A stretch of DNA of 64,000 nt from contig CBDBDN010000005.1 of assembly GCA_965203855.1 (NCBI GenBank), positions 65,804 through 129,803 on the forward strand, written 5' to 3'. This stretch comes from Dehalococcoidia bacterium. GTDB lineage: Bacteria; Chloroflexota; Dehalococcoidia; Lucifugimonadales; UBA3495. The number at the start of each line of letters is the position of its first letter. The stretch's first letter is position 1. Positions 46,737 through 56,114 of the stretch are shown here, piece after piece. Under the pieces are notes generated by a model. That model was given only the letters and a program-made list of their open reading frames with translations. It did no database searches and was not told the DNA's origin. A program made the translations under genes and the position numbers.

Positions 46737-47567
46737 TTACAGGTCGGATAGTTCGGTTGCGGTAAGACGGCGAGACATTGGCTGCGTGATGTAGCGTCCG
46801 GTCAGGCCGGAGCGGCTCAACGCTTCCGGCACGCTCTGCCCCCGCACCGGCATCGCATCATCGATGATCGGCTCCACATACCGCCGCACCTGCTGCTGCT
46901 GCACTGCGATGGGCTGCGTGGCGTCTATCGTCATCAGCCCGAACTCCTCCGTCATCGCATCATATTCCTCCAGCAGCCGCCCTTGAAAGATGCGGAACGA
47001 CTCCTCCCGGTCATCGGAGAAGCCCATATCCTGCCCCGATTCGTAGTAGCCCAGTTCCTCCCGCCCCGTATTGATGCGGTGGATGGACACATCCAGCGGC
47101 ACCTTGAAATACAGCGCCAGCGAGGGCTGCACCGCAAAAGAGTAGATGCGCCGCAGCCAGTCCCGGTTGACGCCGCGCGCCGAATCCCGCGCCAGGGCGG
47201 TATAGACATAGCGGTCGGCCAGCACGATGGCGCCGGCCCGCAGCGCCGGCAGTATCTGCGCGTGCACCCGGCTGGCGAAGTCGGCGGCGTGTATCAGGCT
47301 GAACGACATCGGCGTCAGCAGTTCCTCTTGCTTGCCGCGCTTGGTGGTGCGGCGCACAATGGGCGACGAGTTCCATTCCGTGAACACCGTTACCAGATTG
47401 CGGCTGTTCAGCCACTTGCACAGCAGGTCAATCTGCGTGCTTTTCCCGGAGCCGTCAATGCCCTCTACGATAATCAGCGTCCCCGGATATTCGCCGTCGT
47501 CGGGATGCCGCCCGTAGCGTTCCCCCATCTTGTAAGCCGGCGTCGGGTGCGTTTGCAATGTCGTCAT
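46737..47567 (-). CDS. tmk: thymidylate kinase-like protein (canonical P-loop)
   Basis: LIIVEGIDGSGKSTQ and LADRYVYT. 4-bp overlap with the upstream Ppx/GppA gene, 276 aa. Confidence 0.75.
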   Translation of the reverse strand: MTTLQTHPTPAYKMGERYGRHPDDGEYPGTLIIVEGIDGSGKSTQIDLLCKWLNSRNLVTVFTEWNSSPIVRRTTKRGKQEELLTPMSFSLIHAADFASRVHAQILPALRAGAIVLADRYVYTALARDSARGVNRDWLRRIYSFAVQPSLALYFKVPLDVSIHRINTGREELGYYESGQDMGFSDDREESFRIFQGRLLEEYDAMTEEFGLMTIDATQPIAVQQQQVRRYVEPIIDDAMPVRGQSVPEALSRSGLTGRYITQPMSRRLTATELSDL

Positions 47568-49249
47568 AGTCCACCTCTTGCGATGCTGATGGCTTCCCCA
47601 AATGTCTCTTGCCAGCGCGCGGCAAGTCCGGGCGCCGCCACCGCAGACCAGCCCGGCGTCTTTATAGTCAACATACCCGATTTTCGTCCAATCCGCACGG
47701 TTGCGGCCGGCATACCCAAAGGCAAACGGCTGTCCAGCCGGTCGGCCAGTTCCAGCATCATAGCGGCCTGGTCAATCAGCCGGAGCTCCTGCCGGGACAG
47801 CAGCCGCGACCGCCGAAACCGGCGGGGCAGCCGTCCGATTTCCGACATCAGCAGTATGGCGGCGATGCGCGCCGATTCCTGATGCGTGTATCCCGGCAGA
47901 TCCGTCCGCACTATTATACTCGCCGTCCGGTTCGCCCGGTTATAGAAATCAACGGCGTCGCCAATGTCCAGCAGAAATGCGGCGCACTGTAATGCCTCTG
48001 TCATTGCGGCGGTAGTCTCCGCTGCCGCGTCGTCCGGGTCCAGTTCCGTGCCCGGGTTCGGCCAGACGGCGGCGGCGATGCGGCCGGCCAGCGCAGCGCG
48101 GCGGCGGCCCCGGCCCGAATAGCGCGGCGCAAACCGCTGCGCCAGGTCATCCGTCGCCGTTTTGCGGACGGCGTCCAGCGCCGGCAGCCCGATTGTTTTG
48201 CCGGATGCCGGCCTTGGCAGCATTTCCGGCCGCCGCGCCAGTCCCTCCCGCAGCCCTTGCCCGGATACGGTCAGACTGCCGGCGCCGGCGTGCTGCGCCA
48301 ACGCGTGGGCAATTACGGCGCCGCCTACGATAGAATGGGCGCGTTCCGGGTTCATTCCTGCCATCCCGGCCCGTTCCTGCCGGGAGAGGCCGGCCAGCGT
48401 CCGCACCAGACCCTCCAGCGCGGCGGCGTCAATTTCGTACCCGTGCATCCTGATGATAGGATAGATTTCCTCCCGCGTGCGCGCCAGCCGCGCCAGCAGC
48501 CGCACCGACCCGCCGGAGCCGACCAGCGTGTGCGCCGCCGACGCTGTTTGAGAGCCATCCGGCGGACGGGCAACGCTGGCATCGGCCAGTATCTCGCCAA
48601 CATAAGCGTAGGCCGCTTGCAATCCCGCTGCGCTGGGACGGTCGGTAAGCCTGAACCGATTGGCGATACGCAGGCTGCCCACCGGCAGCGATGCCGCCGT
48701 CTGCATCGTGCGATTGGCGAAGCGCACGATTTCCGTGCTGCCGCCGCCGATGTCCGCCAGCAGCCCGTCGGCAACGGGCAGCCCGTGAATGGCGCCGATA
48801 AAGCAATACGCCGCTTCGTCATCGCCGTCGATAATCCGCAGCGGTATCCCGAAGCGTTCCGCCGCCGCGTCGGTAATGGCGGCGGCGTTGCCGGATTCCC
48901 GCAAAGCCGCCGTGCCGACGGCGTGAATCGTCTTGATGCCGTAGCCCCCGGCCAGCAGCGCAAAGTCGTCCAAAGCGTCCAGCGTACCCGCCACGCCGTC
49001 CGCGTTCAGAATGCCGTCCGCGCCGACATGGCTCATCAGGTTCAGGTTGACCCGCTGCTGCGCCACAATCTCAATGCCGCCGCCCGCGTTGACCTGCATT
49101 ATCACGGCCCGCGCCGACCCGGAACCGATGTCAATGATGGCCGTATAGCCCGGAGCGGCGCCGTTCCATTCCGCAGAGGACGGCGTCGGGAGCGTAGCGA
49201 CGGTTTGAAGCGGCATCATTGGACAACGGCTATGGGAAACTTCCGGCAT
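47564..49249 (-). CDS. Ppx/GppA-family phosphatase (exopolyphosphatase / pppGpp phosphohydrolase-like)
   Basis: ASKHA-fold motifs AIIDIGSGSARAVI and LADIGGGSTEIV, 561 aa. Confidence 0.85.
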   Translation of the reverse strand: MPEVSHSRCPMMPLQTVATLPTPSSAEWNGAAPGYTAIIDIGSGSARAVIMQVNAGGGIEIVAQQRVNLNLMSHVGADGILNADGVAGTLDALDDFALLAGGYGIKTIHAVGTAALRESGNAAAITDAAAERFGIPLRIIDGDDEAAYCFIGAIHGLPVADGLLADIGGGSTEIVRFANRTMQTAASLPVGSLRIANRFRLTDRPSAAGLQAAYAYVGEILADASVARPPDGSQTASAAHTLVGSGGSVRLLARLARTREEIYPIIRMHGYEIDAAALEGLVRTLAGLSRQERAGMAGMNPERAHSIVGGAVIAHALAQHAGAGSLTVSGQGLREGLARRPEMLPRPASGKTIGLPALDAVRKTATDDLAQRFAPRYSGRGRRRAALAGRIAAAVWPNPGTELDPDDAAAETTAAMTEALQCAAFLLDIGDAVDFYNRANRTASIIVRTDLPGYTHQESARIAAILLMSEIGRLPRRFRRSRLLSRQELRLIDQAAMMLELADRLDSRLPLGMPAATVRIGRKSGMLTIKTPGWSAVAAPGLAARWQETFGEAISIARGGL

Positions 49250-49258
49250 CCGGCAGCG

Positions 49259-50455
49259 CTACGGCGCGGACGGCGCCGGGCCGAGGATGCGGAACCCGTG
49301 GTTCTCCGGCGTCCGCTCCGACACCGGCAGCGGTGCCACTATGGAAGTGGACAGCCCGACTATCTCGCCATCCGCGTCAAAGCTGTAACTTTCACTTACG
49401 GCGCCGCTCCAGGTGATGCCGTACAAACAGTCCCGAATGCCGTCAGCGTCCTGGTCATCGCCCGTCTGTTTCAGACACTCCGCAATCAGATAGACGTCGT
49501 CGTAGCCGCTACCGACGAACCAGGGCAGGGGCGAATAGCCGTAGCGTTCCCGGAAATTCGCCACCACTTCTTGTACTTTGGCATTATCCGGACCTAGCGC
49601 GACCATTACGCCTTTGACGCCCACCGCCGCATCGCCGGCAATTTTCAGCGCCTCGCTGCCCATCGTTACTACTTCGGCATAGATTAGGCCGTCGTAACCC
49701 ATTGCCCGCGCTTCTTTGATAATCTGCCCCCCGCTGGCTTCCGCCTGCGGCGCAATATGCAACGCATCCGGGTTGGCCGCCAGCAGCGGTTCCAGTACCG
49801 GCCGGAAGTCGCTATCCCCGGTCTCAAACTGCTCCGATGCCGTTATGCTGCCGCCCAATTCCTCAAACCGCGCAATCGTAACATCCCGCAGCCCTATGGC
49901 GTAATCCGTGTTTTCGGTAATCGTTGCCAGCGTCCGCGCTCCGTCCGCCCACATTGTGTTGCCCGTGTCAATGCCAATCTGACGGCTGCTGAACGAAGTC
50001 CGAAAGATGTAATCGCCCGCCTTGGCGATGTCCGGGTGCGTCGCCGACGCCGACAGCATAACTACGCCGTCCGGCTCAGCCAAGGCCGACGCCGTCAGCA
50101 TTGATGCGCTGCATGAAGTCCCCAGAATAACCTTGATGCCCTCGTCATCGGTCAAACGACGGTAGGCGTTGCGGGCGCCTTCCGCGTTGCACATCGCATC
50201 CGCGGGCACCAGTTCCAGCATCCGCCCGTTGATGCCGCCGGCTTCGTTGATTTCAGCGGCGGCTATCTGCTTGGCCTCCCAAATGGTATTGCCGTAGGTT
50301 GCCCCCGCGCCGGTCAGCGAATCCATTACCCCGATGCGAAAGGATGTGTCATTGCCGCCGCCGCAGGCAATCGCGGCCGCCGCAAGCGTGGACAGTGCGC
50401 CGATCGCCAATGTCGACCGGCGCATCCGATGCCGGAAAGACACGGATATTTTCAT
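49259..50455 (-). CDS. ABC transporter substrate-binding lipoprotein, LivJ/branched-chain amino acid type
   Basis: Lipobox AIACGGG, then FRIGVMDSLTGAGATYGNTIWEAKQIAAAEINEAGGINGRMLELV. Confidence 0.85.
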   Translation of the reverse strand: MKISVSFRHRMRRSTLAIGALSTLAAAAIACGGGNDTSFRIGVMDSLTGAGATYGNTIWEAKQIAAAEINEAGGINGRMLELVPADAMCNAEGARNAYRRLTDDEGIKVILGTSCSASMLTASALAEPDGVVMLSASATHPDIAKAGDYIFRTSFSSRQIGIDTGNTMWADGARTLATITENTDYAIGLRDVTIARFEELGGSITASEQFETGDSDFRPVLEPLLAANPDALHIAPQAEASGGQIIKEARAMGYDGLIYAEVVTMGSEALKIAGDAAVGVKGVMVALGPDNAKVQEVVANFRERYGYSPLPWFVGSGYDDVYLIAECLKQTGDDQDADGIRDCLYGITWSGAVSESYSFDADGEIVGLSTSIVAPLPVSERTPENHGFRILGPAPSAP

Positions 50456-51384
50456 TTTGCCTCCTGTGGAGTTGTGATTAGGGTCGCAATTTCCCCTTCC
50501 AGCCGCTCAATATCGGCTTCGTCCAGGTTAAAATACCTGGCGTCGGGATGATGAAAGACGATTGCGGACACCGAACCTTCCGGATCCATCATATAGCCGT
50601 CGGTAAGCTCAACGCCGATGTTTTCCGTAACCTTGAGCAGGGCGAACAGCTTTTCCTGATCCTCCAGCCGGGGACAAGCCGGGTAGCCGAAAGAGTAGCG
50701 TTTGCCCCGGTAATTGGCCCGGAACAGTTCGCGCAGTTCGGCAGCGCCCGATACTTTCAACCCCGACGGTTCTCCGATGCCCCACATCGTGCGGATGCGC
50801 TTGTGCAGCAGCTCGGCGAACCCTTCCGCCGACTCAATCGCCAATGCCTGTAGGGTATGGGAATCCAGATAGCGGCCGGCTTCTTTCCAGCGTTCCGACA
50901 GCGCGCGCACGCCGGGGCCAACGGTGGTAGCGAACATTGCCACATAATCGGCCGGCCCGGCGCCGACCGGGCGGGCGTAGTCGGACAGGCATAGTCCATC
51001 CCGCTGCTGCTGCCGGCCGAAGTAGAACCGTTCCAGCTCCGTAGCGCCGTCTGCGTTGTAGATAATCAGCCATTGCCCGTCAGAGCGGCAGGGAAAAAAC
51101 TTGAACACGGCAGAGGCGGCAATGTCGGAACGGGACAGCATAATATCCTCAACCCGCTGCGCCTGCCGCCGCAGCACCACGGCTTTGGGTTCATCCTGCG
51201 CCAACGCTTCGGCAAAGCGCCCCCGGTAGCCCAGATGCCGGACATACAGCATCTGCGGATTAATGTACCCAAAAATTTCGTCCAGGTCATAATCGCGCAG
51301 GACATGGAGACGCAGGTCCGGCGGCTGCGGAGAGGCGTCCAGCCGGCGGAGGGGGCGCGCGTTGTCGGCATTAACGATAGTCAT
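50452..51384 (-). CDS. stand-alone methionine synthase activation (AdoMet-binding, Met_synt_B12) domain protein
   Basis: YINPQMLYVRHLGYRG, VFKFFP, DYVAMFATTVG, and RGKRYSFGYPACPRLEDQEKLF...GYMMDPEGSVSAIVFHHPDARYF. Confidence 0.85.
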   Translation of the reverse strand: MTIVNADNARPLRRLDASPQPPDLRLHVLRDYDLDEIFGYINPQMLYVRHLGYRGRFAEALAQDEPKAVVLRRQAQRVEDIMLSRSDIAASAVFKFFPCRSDGQWLIIYNADGATELERFYFGRQQQRDGLCLSDYARPVGAGPADYVAMFATTVGPGVRALSERWKEAGRYLDSHTLQALAIESAEGFAELLHKRIRTMWGIGEPSGLKVSGAAELRELFRANYRGKRYSFGYPACPRLEDQEKLFALLKVTENIGVELTDGYMMDPEGSVSAIVFHHPDARYFNLDEADIERLEGEIATLITTPQEAK

Positions 51385-51445
51385 ATTGACGCCGTCCTAA
51401 TTATGTCATTGTTTTCTGAGATCAGGTTAATGCGAATTGTAAAGA

Positions 51446-51859
51446 TTAACTTTGCAACCGCGTCTCGCGCAAGCACAAACCGGCGAGAGCCGTTGCAGTG
51501 GTGGAAATCAATGCGCCAAATAGGTACAAGAACGCAAACGCACTCTGCAAATCCAGGATAAACGCGAGCCACGCCAATACAGCGCCAATAACCAGCAGCC
51601 CAAAGCAGGTCTTGCGCAGTGCATAGGGCAAAGCCCCTCCCAATAAGAGAAACGGCGAGCTCACCATCGCTACAATCCCGGCAGTGACGAGAGAGCCGGT
51701 ATCGTCGCCAAACACCGCGCCGCCTACGCCCAAAACAAATGCCCCGGAGCACCCACTGATGAAAAGCCCCAAGCTGGCAATAATGCCCAAAATGATGACG
51801 GAAATTTTCACTGTGGCGCACCTCGGTTTACCGGCAACGAATCTTGCTGTGCTACTCAA
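51446..51859 (-). CDS. hypothetical membrane protein
   Basis: Four hydrophobic segments in a lower-GC segment. The start is uncertain, because it overlaps the upstream gene end by 8 nt. Confidence 0.5.
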   Translation of the reverse strand: MSSTARFVAGKPRCATVKISVIILGIIASLGLFISGCSGAFVLGVGGAVFGDDTGSLVTAGIVAMVSSPFLLLGGALPYALRKTCFGLLVIGAVLAWLAFILDLQSAFAFLYLFGALISTTATALAGLCLRETRLQS

Positions 51860-52298
51860 TCAAACAGCCGTTCAATGTTACGGCCTCTAGCGCTGCTTCG
51901 CCTTCGCTCTTGGCGCACAATAGCGTTACCACATCCCCGGCGTTTAATTTCAGGGCATCACTGCGCGCGTCAGGAAATAGGTAGGCTTCAACGCCATCCA
52001 GAAAGCCCGTAGGGCCAAGCAGAATTATAATAATCCTACCATCGGATTCGCCGGCAGCCCCAATGTCTCCTATATTCCCGGATATGCGAATTGCCCGGCC
52101 GCTTTCATAGGTATCAGCAACCCGGAGCTCGTTGTCAGTGTATTCCTGGACGATTTCGGCAACGGAGGTATCGATAACGCCGTTTGCTACCGCCTGCTCC
52201 AAGTCAGTGGTAGTCAAAACACGGGGTGCACAAGCAAGTAAGGCACAGCACACCAAAAACGGGGACATAATGCCAATGAACCGACTGGTCATAATCAT
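51852..52298 (-). CDS. lipoprotein with OB-fold (tRNA_anti-like) domain
   Basis: Lipobox LLAC, then IVQEYTDNELRVADTYESGRAIRISGNIGDI......V.A.LF.......LKLNAGDVVTLLC......LEAVTLNGCLI. Confidence 0.6.
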   Translation of the reverse strand: MIMTSRFIGIMSPFLVCCALLACAPRVLTTTDLEQAVANGVIDTSVAEIVQEYTDNELRVADTYESGRAIRISGNIGDIGAAGESDGRIIIILLGPTGFLDGVEAYLFPDARSDALKLNAGDVVTLLCAKSEGEAALEAVTLNGCLIE

Positions 52299-52315
52299 AA
52301 GGCGGCAGTCTCACT

Positions 52316-52969
52316 TTACCGGCTAACCGCCGCCGGCACCTGGAATACGGTGCGCCCGTCGGTGTCATGGGTGTGATTTGCCAGCGCCGCCAGCATCTCG
52401 TTGCTCTGCTGAACTTCGGCGCGCAACTCGTTGAGCGCTGCGGTTTGCGCTTGATTGTTCTCCCGCATTTCGGCGCGCAACTCGTTGAGCGCTGCGGTTT
52501 GCGCTTGATTGTTCTCCCGCATTTCAGCGCGCAACTCGTTGAGCGCTGCGGTTTGCGCTTGGTTGTTCTCCCGCATTTCGGCGCGCAGTTCCTGGTTGCT
52601 GCGCTGCATTTCAGCCCGCCACTCCTCCCTGCTGTGCTGCATTTCAGCCCGCCATTCCTCCCTGCTGCGCTGCATTTCAGCCCGCCATTCCTCGCTGTTA
52701 CGCTGAACCGCCGCCCGCCATTCCTCGTTGCTGTGCTGAACCGCCGCCCGCCATTCCTCGTTGCTGTGCTGAATTGCCGCCCGCATCTCCTCGTTGCTCT
52801 CCCGCATCTCAACGCGCATCTCGCCGACGGCTGTGGTCAATCCCTCAACCTGGTTGGACATCCGGCCCAGCATAAAGCCGCCCCTGACTACCAGCACAAT
52901 CAGCGTGACCGCGATCCCCGAGCCGGTTAGAGCGGCAATCGCAATGGCGGCAATAGTGGCGGCGTCCAT
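52316..52969 (-). CDS. single-pass membrane protein with long tandem coiled-coil repeats
   Basis: N-terminal TM segment. There are 33-bp repeats x6 (about 52604-52801; EEWRAEMQRSR units) and 54-bp repeats x3.2 (52415-52576; LNELRAEMRENNQAQTAA units, the first two copies identical). The C-terminus ends HTHDTDGRTVFQVP. Confidence 0.7.
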   Translation of the reverse strand: MDAATIAAIAIAALTGSGIAVTLIVLVVRGGFMLGRMSNQVEGLTTAVGEMRVEMRESNEEMRAAIQHSNEEWRAAVQHSNEEWRAAVQRNSEEWRAEMQRSREEWRAEMQHSREEWRAEMQRSNQELRAEMRENNQAQTAALNELRAEMRENNQAQTAALNELRAEMRENNQAQTAALNELRAEVQQSNEMLAALANHTHDTDGRTVFQVPAAVSR

Positions 52970-53056
52970 AAAGTCCTCCGTTGCCCAAATCTGTTACGAC
53001 GGTTCGCACCGCAACTATACCACACCGGCCCGCGCTGTCTTGCCCAGACCCGGCCA

Positions 53057-55690
53057 TCAGCTCCGCGCCGCCGCATCCGCCTGCATCGCCGCCGTTTCCT
53101 CCGCCAGCTGCGCCGCCATCCGTTCCCGCTCGTCGGCATCCTGTATCCGGTTGGCCAACGCCAGGCCGCTCATCGCGTCCGGCGAGTAGGCCACCAGCCC
53201 ATCGTATTCTGGCGCAATCCGCAGCCGCGTGAAACGGTTGGACAGGGCGGCGCCGCCCACCAGCACCGGCTCCCTGATGCCCGCCGTGCGGAAATCCTGC
53301 ACCGTCTCTACCATCATCTGCGCCGATTTCACCAGCAGGCCGGACAGCCCGATGATGTCGGGGCGATGCTCCCGGCAGCCGGCAATCAGCTCCTGCGCCG
53401 CTACCTTGATGCCCAGGTTCACTACCCGATACCCGTTGTTGGACAGGATAATCTCCACCAGGTTTTTGCCAATGTCATGCACATCGCCTTTCACCGTGGC
53501 CAGCAGCACCGTGCCGCGCGCCGCCGCATCGGCCCGTTCCATATGCGGCTCCAGATGCGATACGGCAAACTTCATCGCTTCGGCGCTTTGCAGCACTTCG
53601 GCCACAATCAGCTGGTTGGCGTTGAACTGCCGCCCCACTTCGTCCATACCCGCCATCAGAGGGCCGTTGATGATGGCCAGCGGTTCCCGTTCCCGCAGCG
53701 CCAAATCCAGGTCGTCGGCCAGCCCTTCCTTGCTGCCTTCAATGATGCACTGCGCCAGCCTCTCGTCCAGCGGCAGGGCGGAGCGTTCCTCCGCAGTGGC
53801 CCGCGGCGCGCGATCGCGGAAATGGGCGGCGAAAGCGGCCACCGGGTCAGCGCCCCGGTTCCAGATCAAATCCTCCGACAGCCGCCGTTCCTCCTCCGGT
53901 ATGGTGGCGTAACGCTGCATCATCTCCGAGTTGACAATCGCCAGATCCAGCCCGGCCTGCGTACAGTGATACAGGAACACCGAGTTGAACACTTCCCGGC
54001 CGGCCGCCGGCAGCCCGAAAGAGACATTGGAAATGCCCAGCGCCGTTTTAGTGTTGGGCAGCGCATCCTTAATCAGCCTTACGCCCGCAATAGTTTCGGC
54101 GGCGGAACCGACATAGTTCTCGTCCCCGGTGCCGGCCGGAAACACCAGCGGGTCAAAGATGATGTCCTGCTCCGGCACCCCGTACTTTTCCGTCAGCAGA
54201 CGATGCGACCGCAGCGCAATCTCCAGCTTGCGTTCTTTGGTGATGGCCTGCGCCTGGTCGGGGTCGTCGTCAATGCAACCCACGATCAGGGCGGCCCCAT
54301 AGCGGCGCGCCAGCGGCACTACCCGCTGAAAGCGTTCCTCGCCATCCTCCAGGTTGATAGAGTTGATGATGGACTTGCCTTGCAATCGTTGCAGCGCCTC
54401 CTCAATCACGGCGGCGTCAGTGGAATCAATCATTATCGGCGCCTTGACGCGGCGGTTGAGCTGGTCCAGGAACCGGATAACATCGGCGGTTTCGTCCCGG
54501 TCGGGGTCTTGCAGGCAGACATCCAGGATATGCGCTCCGTTGCGAACCTGCCGCCGCCCGATTTCGGCAGCTTCCTCAAACCCGTCCCGCGCAATCAGCC
54601 GCTTGAACCGCCGGCTGCCCAGCACATTAGTGCGCTCCCCGACGATGGTCGGGCGGGTATCGTCGTTGACCACTACCGCCTCAATGCCGGACACCCGCGT
54701 TTCCGGCGCCGGACTGGCGATGCGCGGCGTCTTGCCCGCCATTGCCGCCGCAATCCGGCTGATATGTTCCGGCCCCGTGCCGCAGCAGCCGCCGGCAATG
54801 TTGAGCCAGCCGTTGTCGGCGAACCGTTCCAGCGCGCCGGCCAGCATCTCCGGCGTTTCGTTGTAGTTGCCGTCCTCATCCGGCAGGCCGGCGTTGGGAA
54901 TGCAGGCGATGCCAAACCGCGACAAGCCTTGCAGCGTCCGCAGGTGGTCGGTCATAAACGCCGGGCCGGTAGCGCAGTTGAACCCGATCCACAGCAGCTC
55001 GCGATGCGACAGCGAAGTGTACAGCGCCTCGGCGTCTTGCCCGGCCAGCAGCGTCCCCATCGGCTCAATAGTGCCTTGCACGGCTACCGGAATGACGGTA
55101 TTCAACTCAGCAAAAGCCCGGTCAATTCCTTCCAGGCCGGCCTTGATATTGATGGTGTCCTGACTGGTTTCCAGCAGCAGCACGTCGGCGCCGCCCTCAA
55201 TCAGGCCGGCCGCCTGCTGATGATAGTCGGCGGCCAGTTCGGCAAAAGTAAGTCCGCCGGTAACCGAGATGGTCCGCGTCGTCGGCCCCATTGCGCCGGC
55301 CACAAAGCGGGGCTTGCCGGCATCGGCGGCGGAATAGTCGGCGGCGGCGCGGCGGGCAATGGCGGCGGCCTCCCGGTTGATGCGCCGCGCGTGTTCCGCC
55401 AGCGCATACTCGCCCAGCACCACGGCGGTAGCCCCAAAAGTGTTGGTCTCAATAATATCGGCGCCGGCCGCCAGATAATCCCGGTGGATGCCGTCAATCA
55501 CATCCGGACGGGTGATATTGAGATATTCGTTGCAGCCCTCGTATTCGGCGCCGCCAAAGTCGTCCGGCCCCAGGCCGCGCGCCTGTATCTGCGTGCCCAT
55601 TGCCCCGTCCACCACCAGGATGCGGGTTTGCAGCGACGCCTTCAGTTCATCGGTTCGGTCGGTAGCAGTCATCGTATGCGCTCTCACCAA
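53057..55690 (-). CDS. metH: cobalamin-dependent methionine synthase lacking the activation domain
   Basis: Hcy-binding (DGAMGT...GGCCGT), pterin-binding and B12-binding (GDVHDIGKN) modules. It ends after the cobalamin domain at 877 aa. Confidence 0.95.
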   Translation of the reverse strand: MVRAHTMTATDRTDELKASLQTRILVVDGAMGTQIQARGLGPDDFGGAEYEGCNEYLNITRPDVIDGIHRDYLAAGADIIETNTFGATAVVLGEYALAEHARRINREAAAIARRAAADYSAADAGKPRFVAGAMGPTTRTISVTGGLTFAELAADYHQQAAGLIEGGADVLLLETSQDTINIKAGLEGIDRAFAELNTVIPVAVQGTIEPMGTLLAGQDAEALYTSLSHRELLWIGFNCATGPAFMTDHLRTLQGLSRFGIACIPNAGLPDEDGNYNETPEMLAGALERFADNGWLNIAGGCCGTGPEHISRIAAAMAGKTPRIASPAPETRVSGIEAVVVNDDTRPTIVGERTNVLGSRRFKRLIARDGFEEAAEIGRRQVRNGAHILDVCLQDPDRDETADVIRFLDQLNRRVKAPIMIDSTDAAVIEEALQRLQGKSIINSINLEDGEERFQRVVPLARRYGAALIVGCIDDDPDQAQAITKERKLEIALRSHRLLTEKYGVPEQDIIFDPLVFPAGTGDENYVGSAAETIAGVRLIKDALPNTKTALGISNVSFGLPAAGREVFNSVFLYHCTQAGLDLAIVNSEMMQRYATIPEEERRLSEDLIWNRGADPVAAFAAHFRDRAPRATAEERSALPLDERLAQCIIEGSKEGLADDLDLALREREPLAIINGPLMAGMDEVGRQFNANQLIVAEVLQSAEAMKFAVSHLEPHMERADAAARGTVLLATVKGDVHDIGKNLVEIILSNNGYRVVNLGIKVAAQELIAGCREHRPDIIGLSGLLVKSAQMMVETVQDFRTAGIREPVLVGGAALSNRFTRLRIAPEYDGLVAYSPDAMSGLALANRIQDADERERMAAQLAEETAAMQADAAARS

Positions 55691-56114
55691 TCAGGTTAGT
55701 TTGACAATCAAGGCTACCCGCAACGGCAAGCAGTGTCAAACCGGGCGCGCTGCGGGCATTGTCAACATACGCTGATTATGTAAATATGCTGCGCTGCCGG
55801 CGTCTGGCACATTGAACTAGAACTAGGGGTTGCACTCGTGGTTGCGCGGCAAATCGAATCGTCTGGATCGTCATACGATGCGAAAGGATACAGCGGCGGG
55901 AGCGAGGACTGTGGGGCACCTTGGCGCTGGCGTGGATCCGGGGCCTAATCTAATGCCGGAACGGGTTAATAATACTCCCGGCAAGTCGGCATTGCGCCTT
56001 ACCCCAGGCACGCCTACAATGGCGGGCGTATCACCGGCCCCATCTAACCCTATCCCGCCGCATCACGCACTACGCCGGCCGTTGCCGGCGGACGACGCCA
56101 TAGGAGGCGCAACT

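Noticed and set aside
48257-49597. 446-aa plus-strand ORF opposite the Ppx/GppA gene and the binding-protein gene end.
   Set aside because: It is an antisense shadow ORF crossing a gene boundary. It has no motifs, and the opposite-strand genes are well supported.
53366-55699. 777-aa plus-strand ORF opposite metH.
   Set aside because: It covers almost the whole metH gene in antisense. The translation is Arg/Gly/Pro/Ala-rich with no recognisable domain, whereas metH itself carries all canonical motifs.
55691-55900. Cobalamin or SAM riboswitch upstream of metH (minus strand).
   Set aside because: I reverse-complemented the leader and saw only TTGACA-type promoter elements and a 7-bp inverted repeat. 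There is no B12-box-like GCCACTG core or SAM-I junction pattern. An Rfam scan would be decisive.
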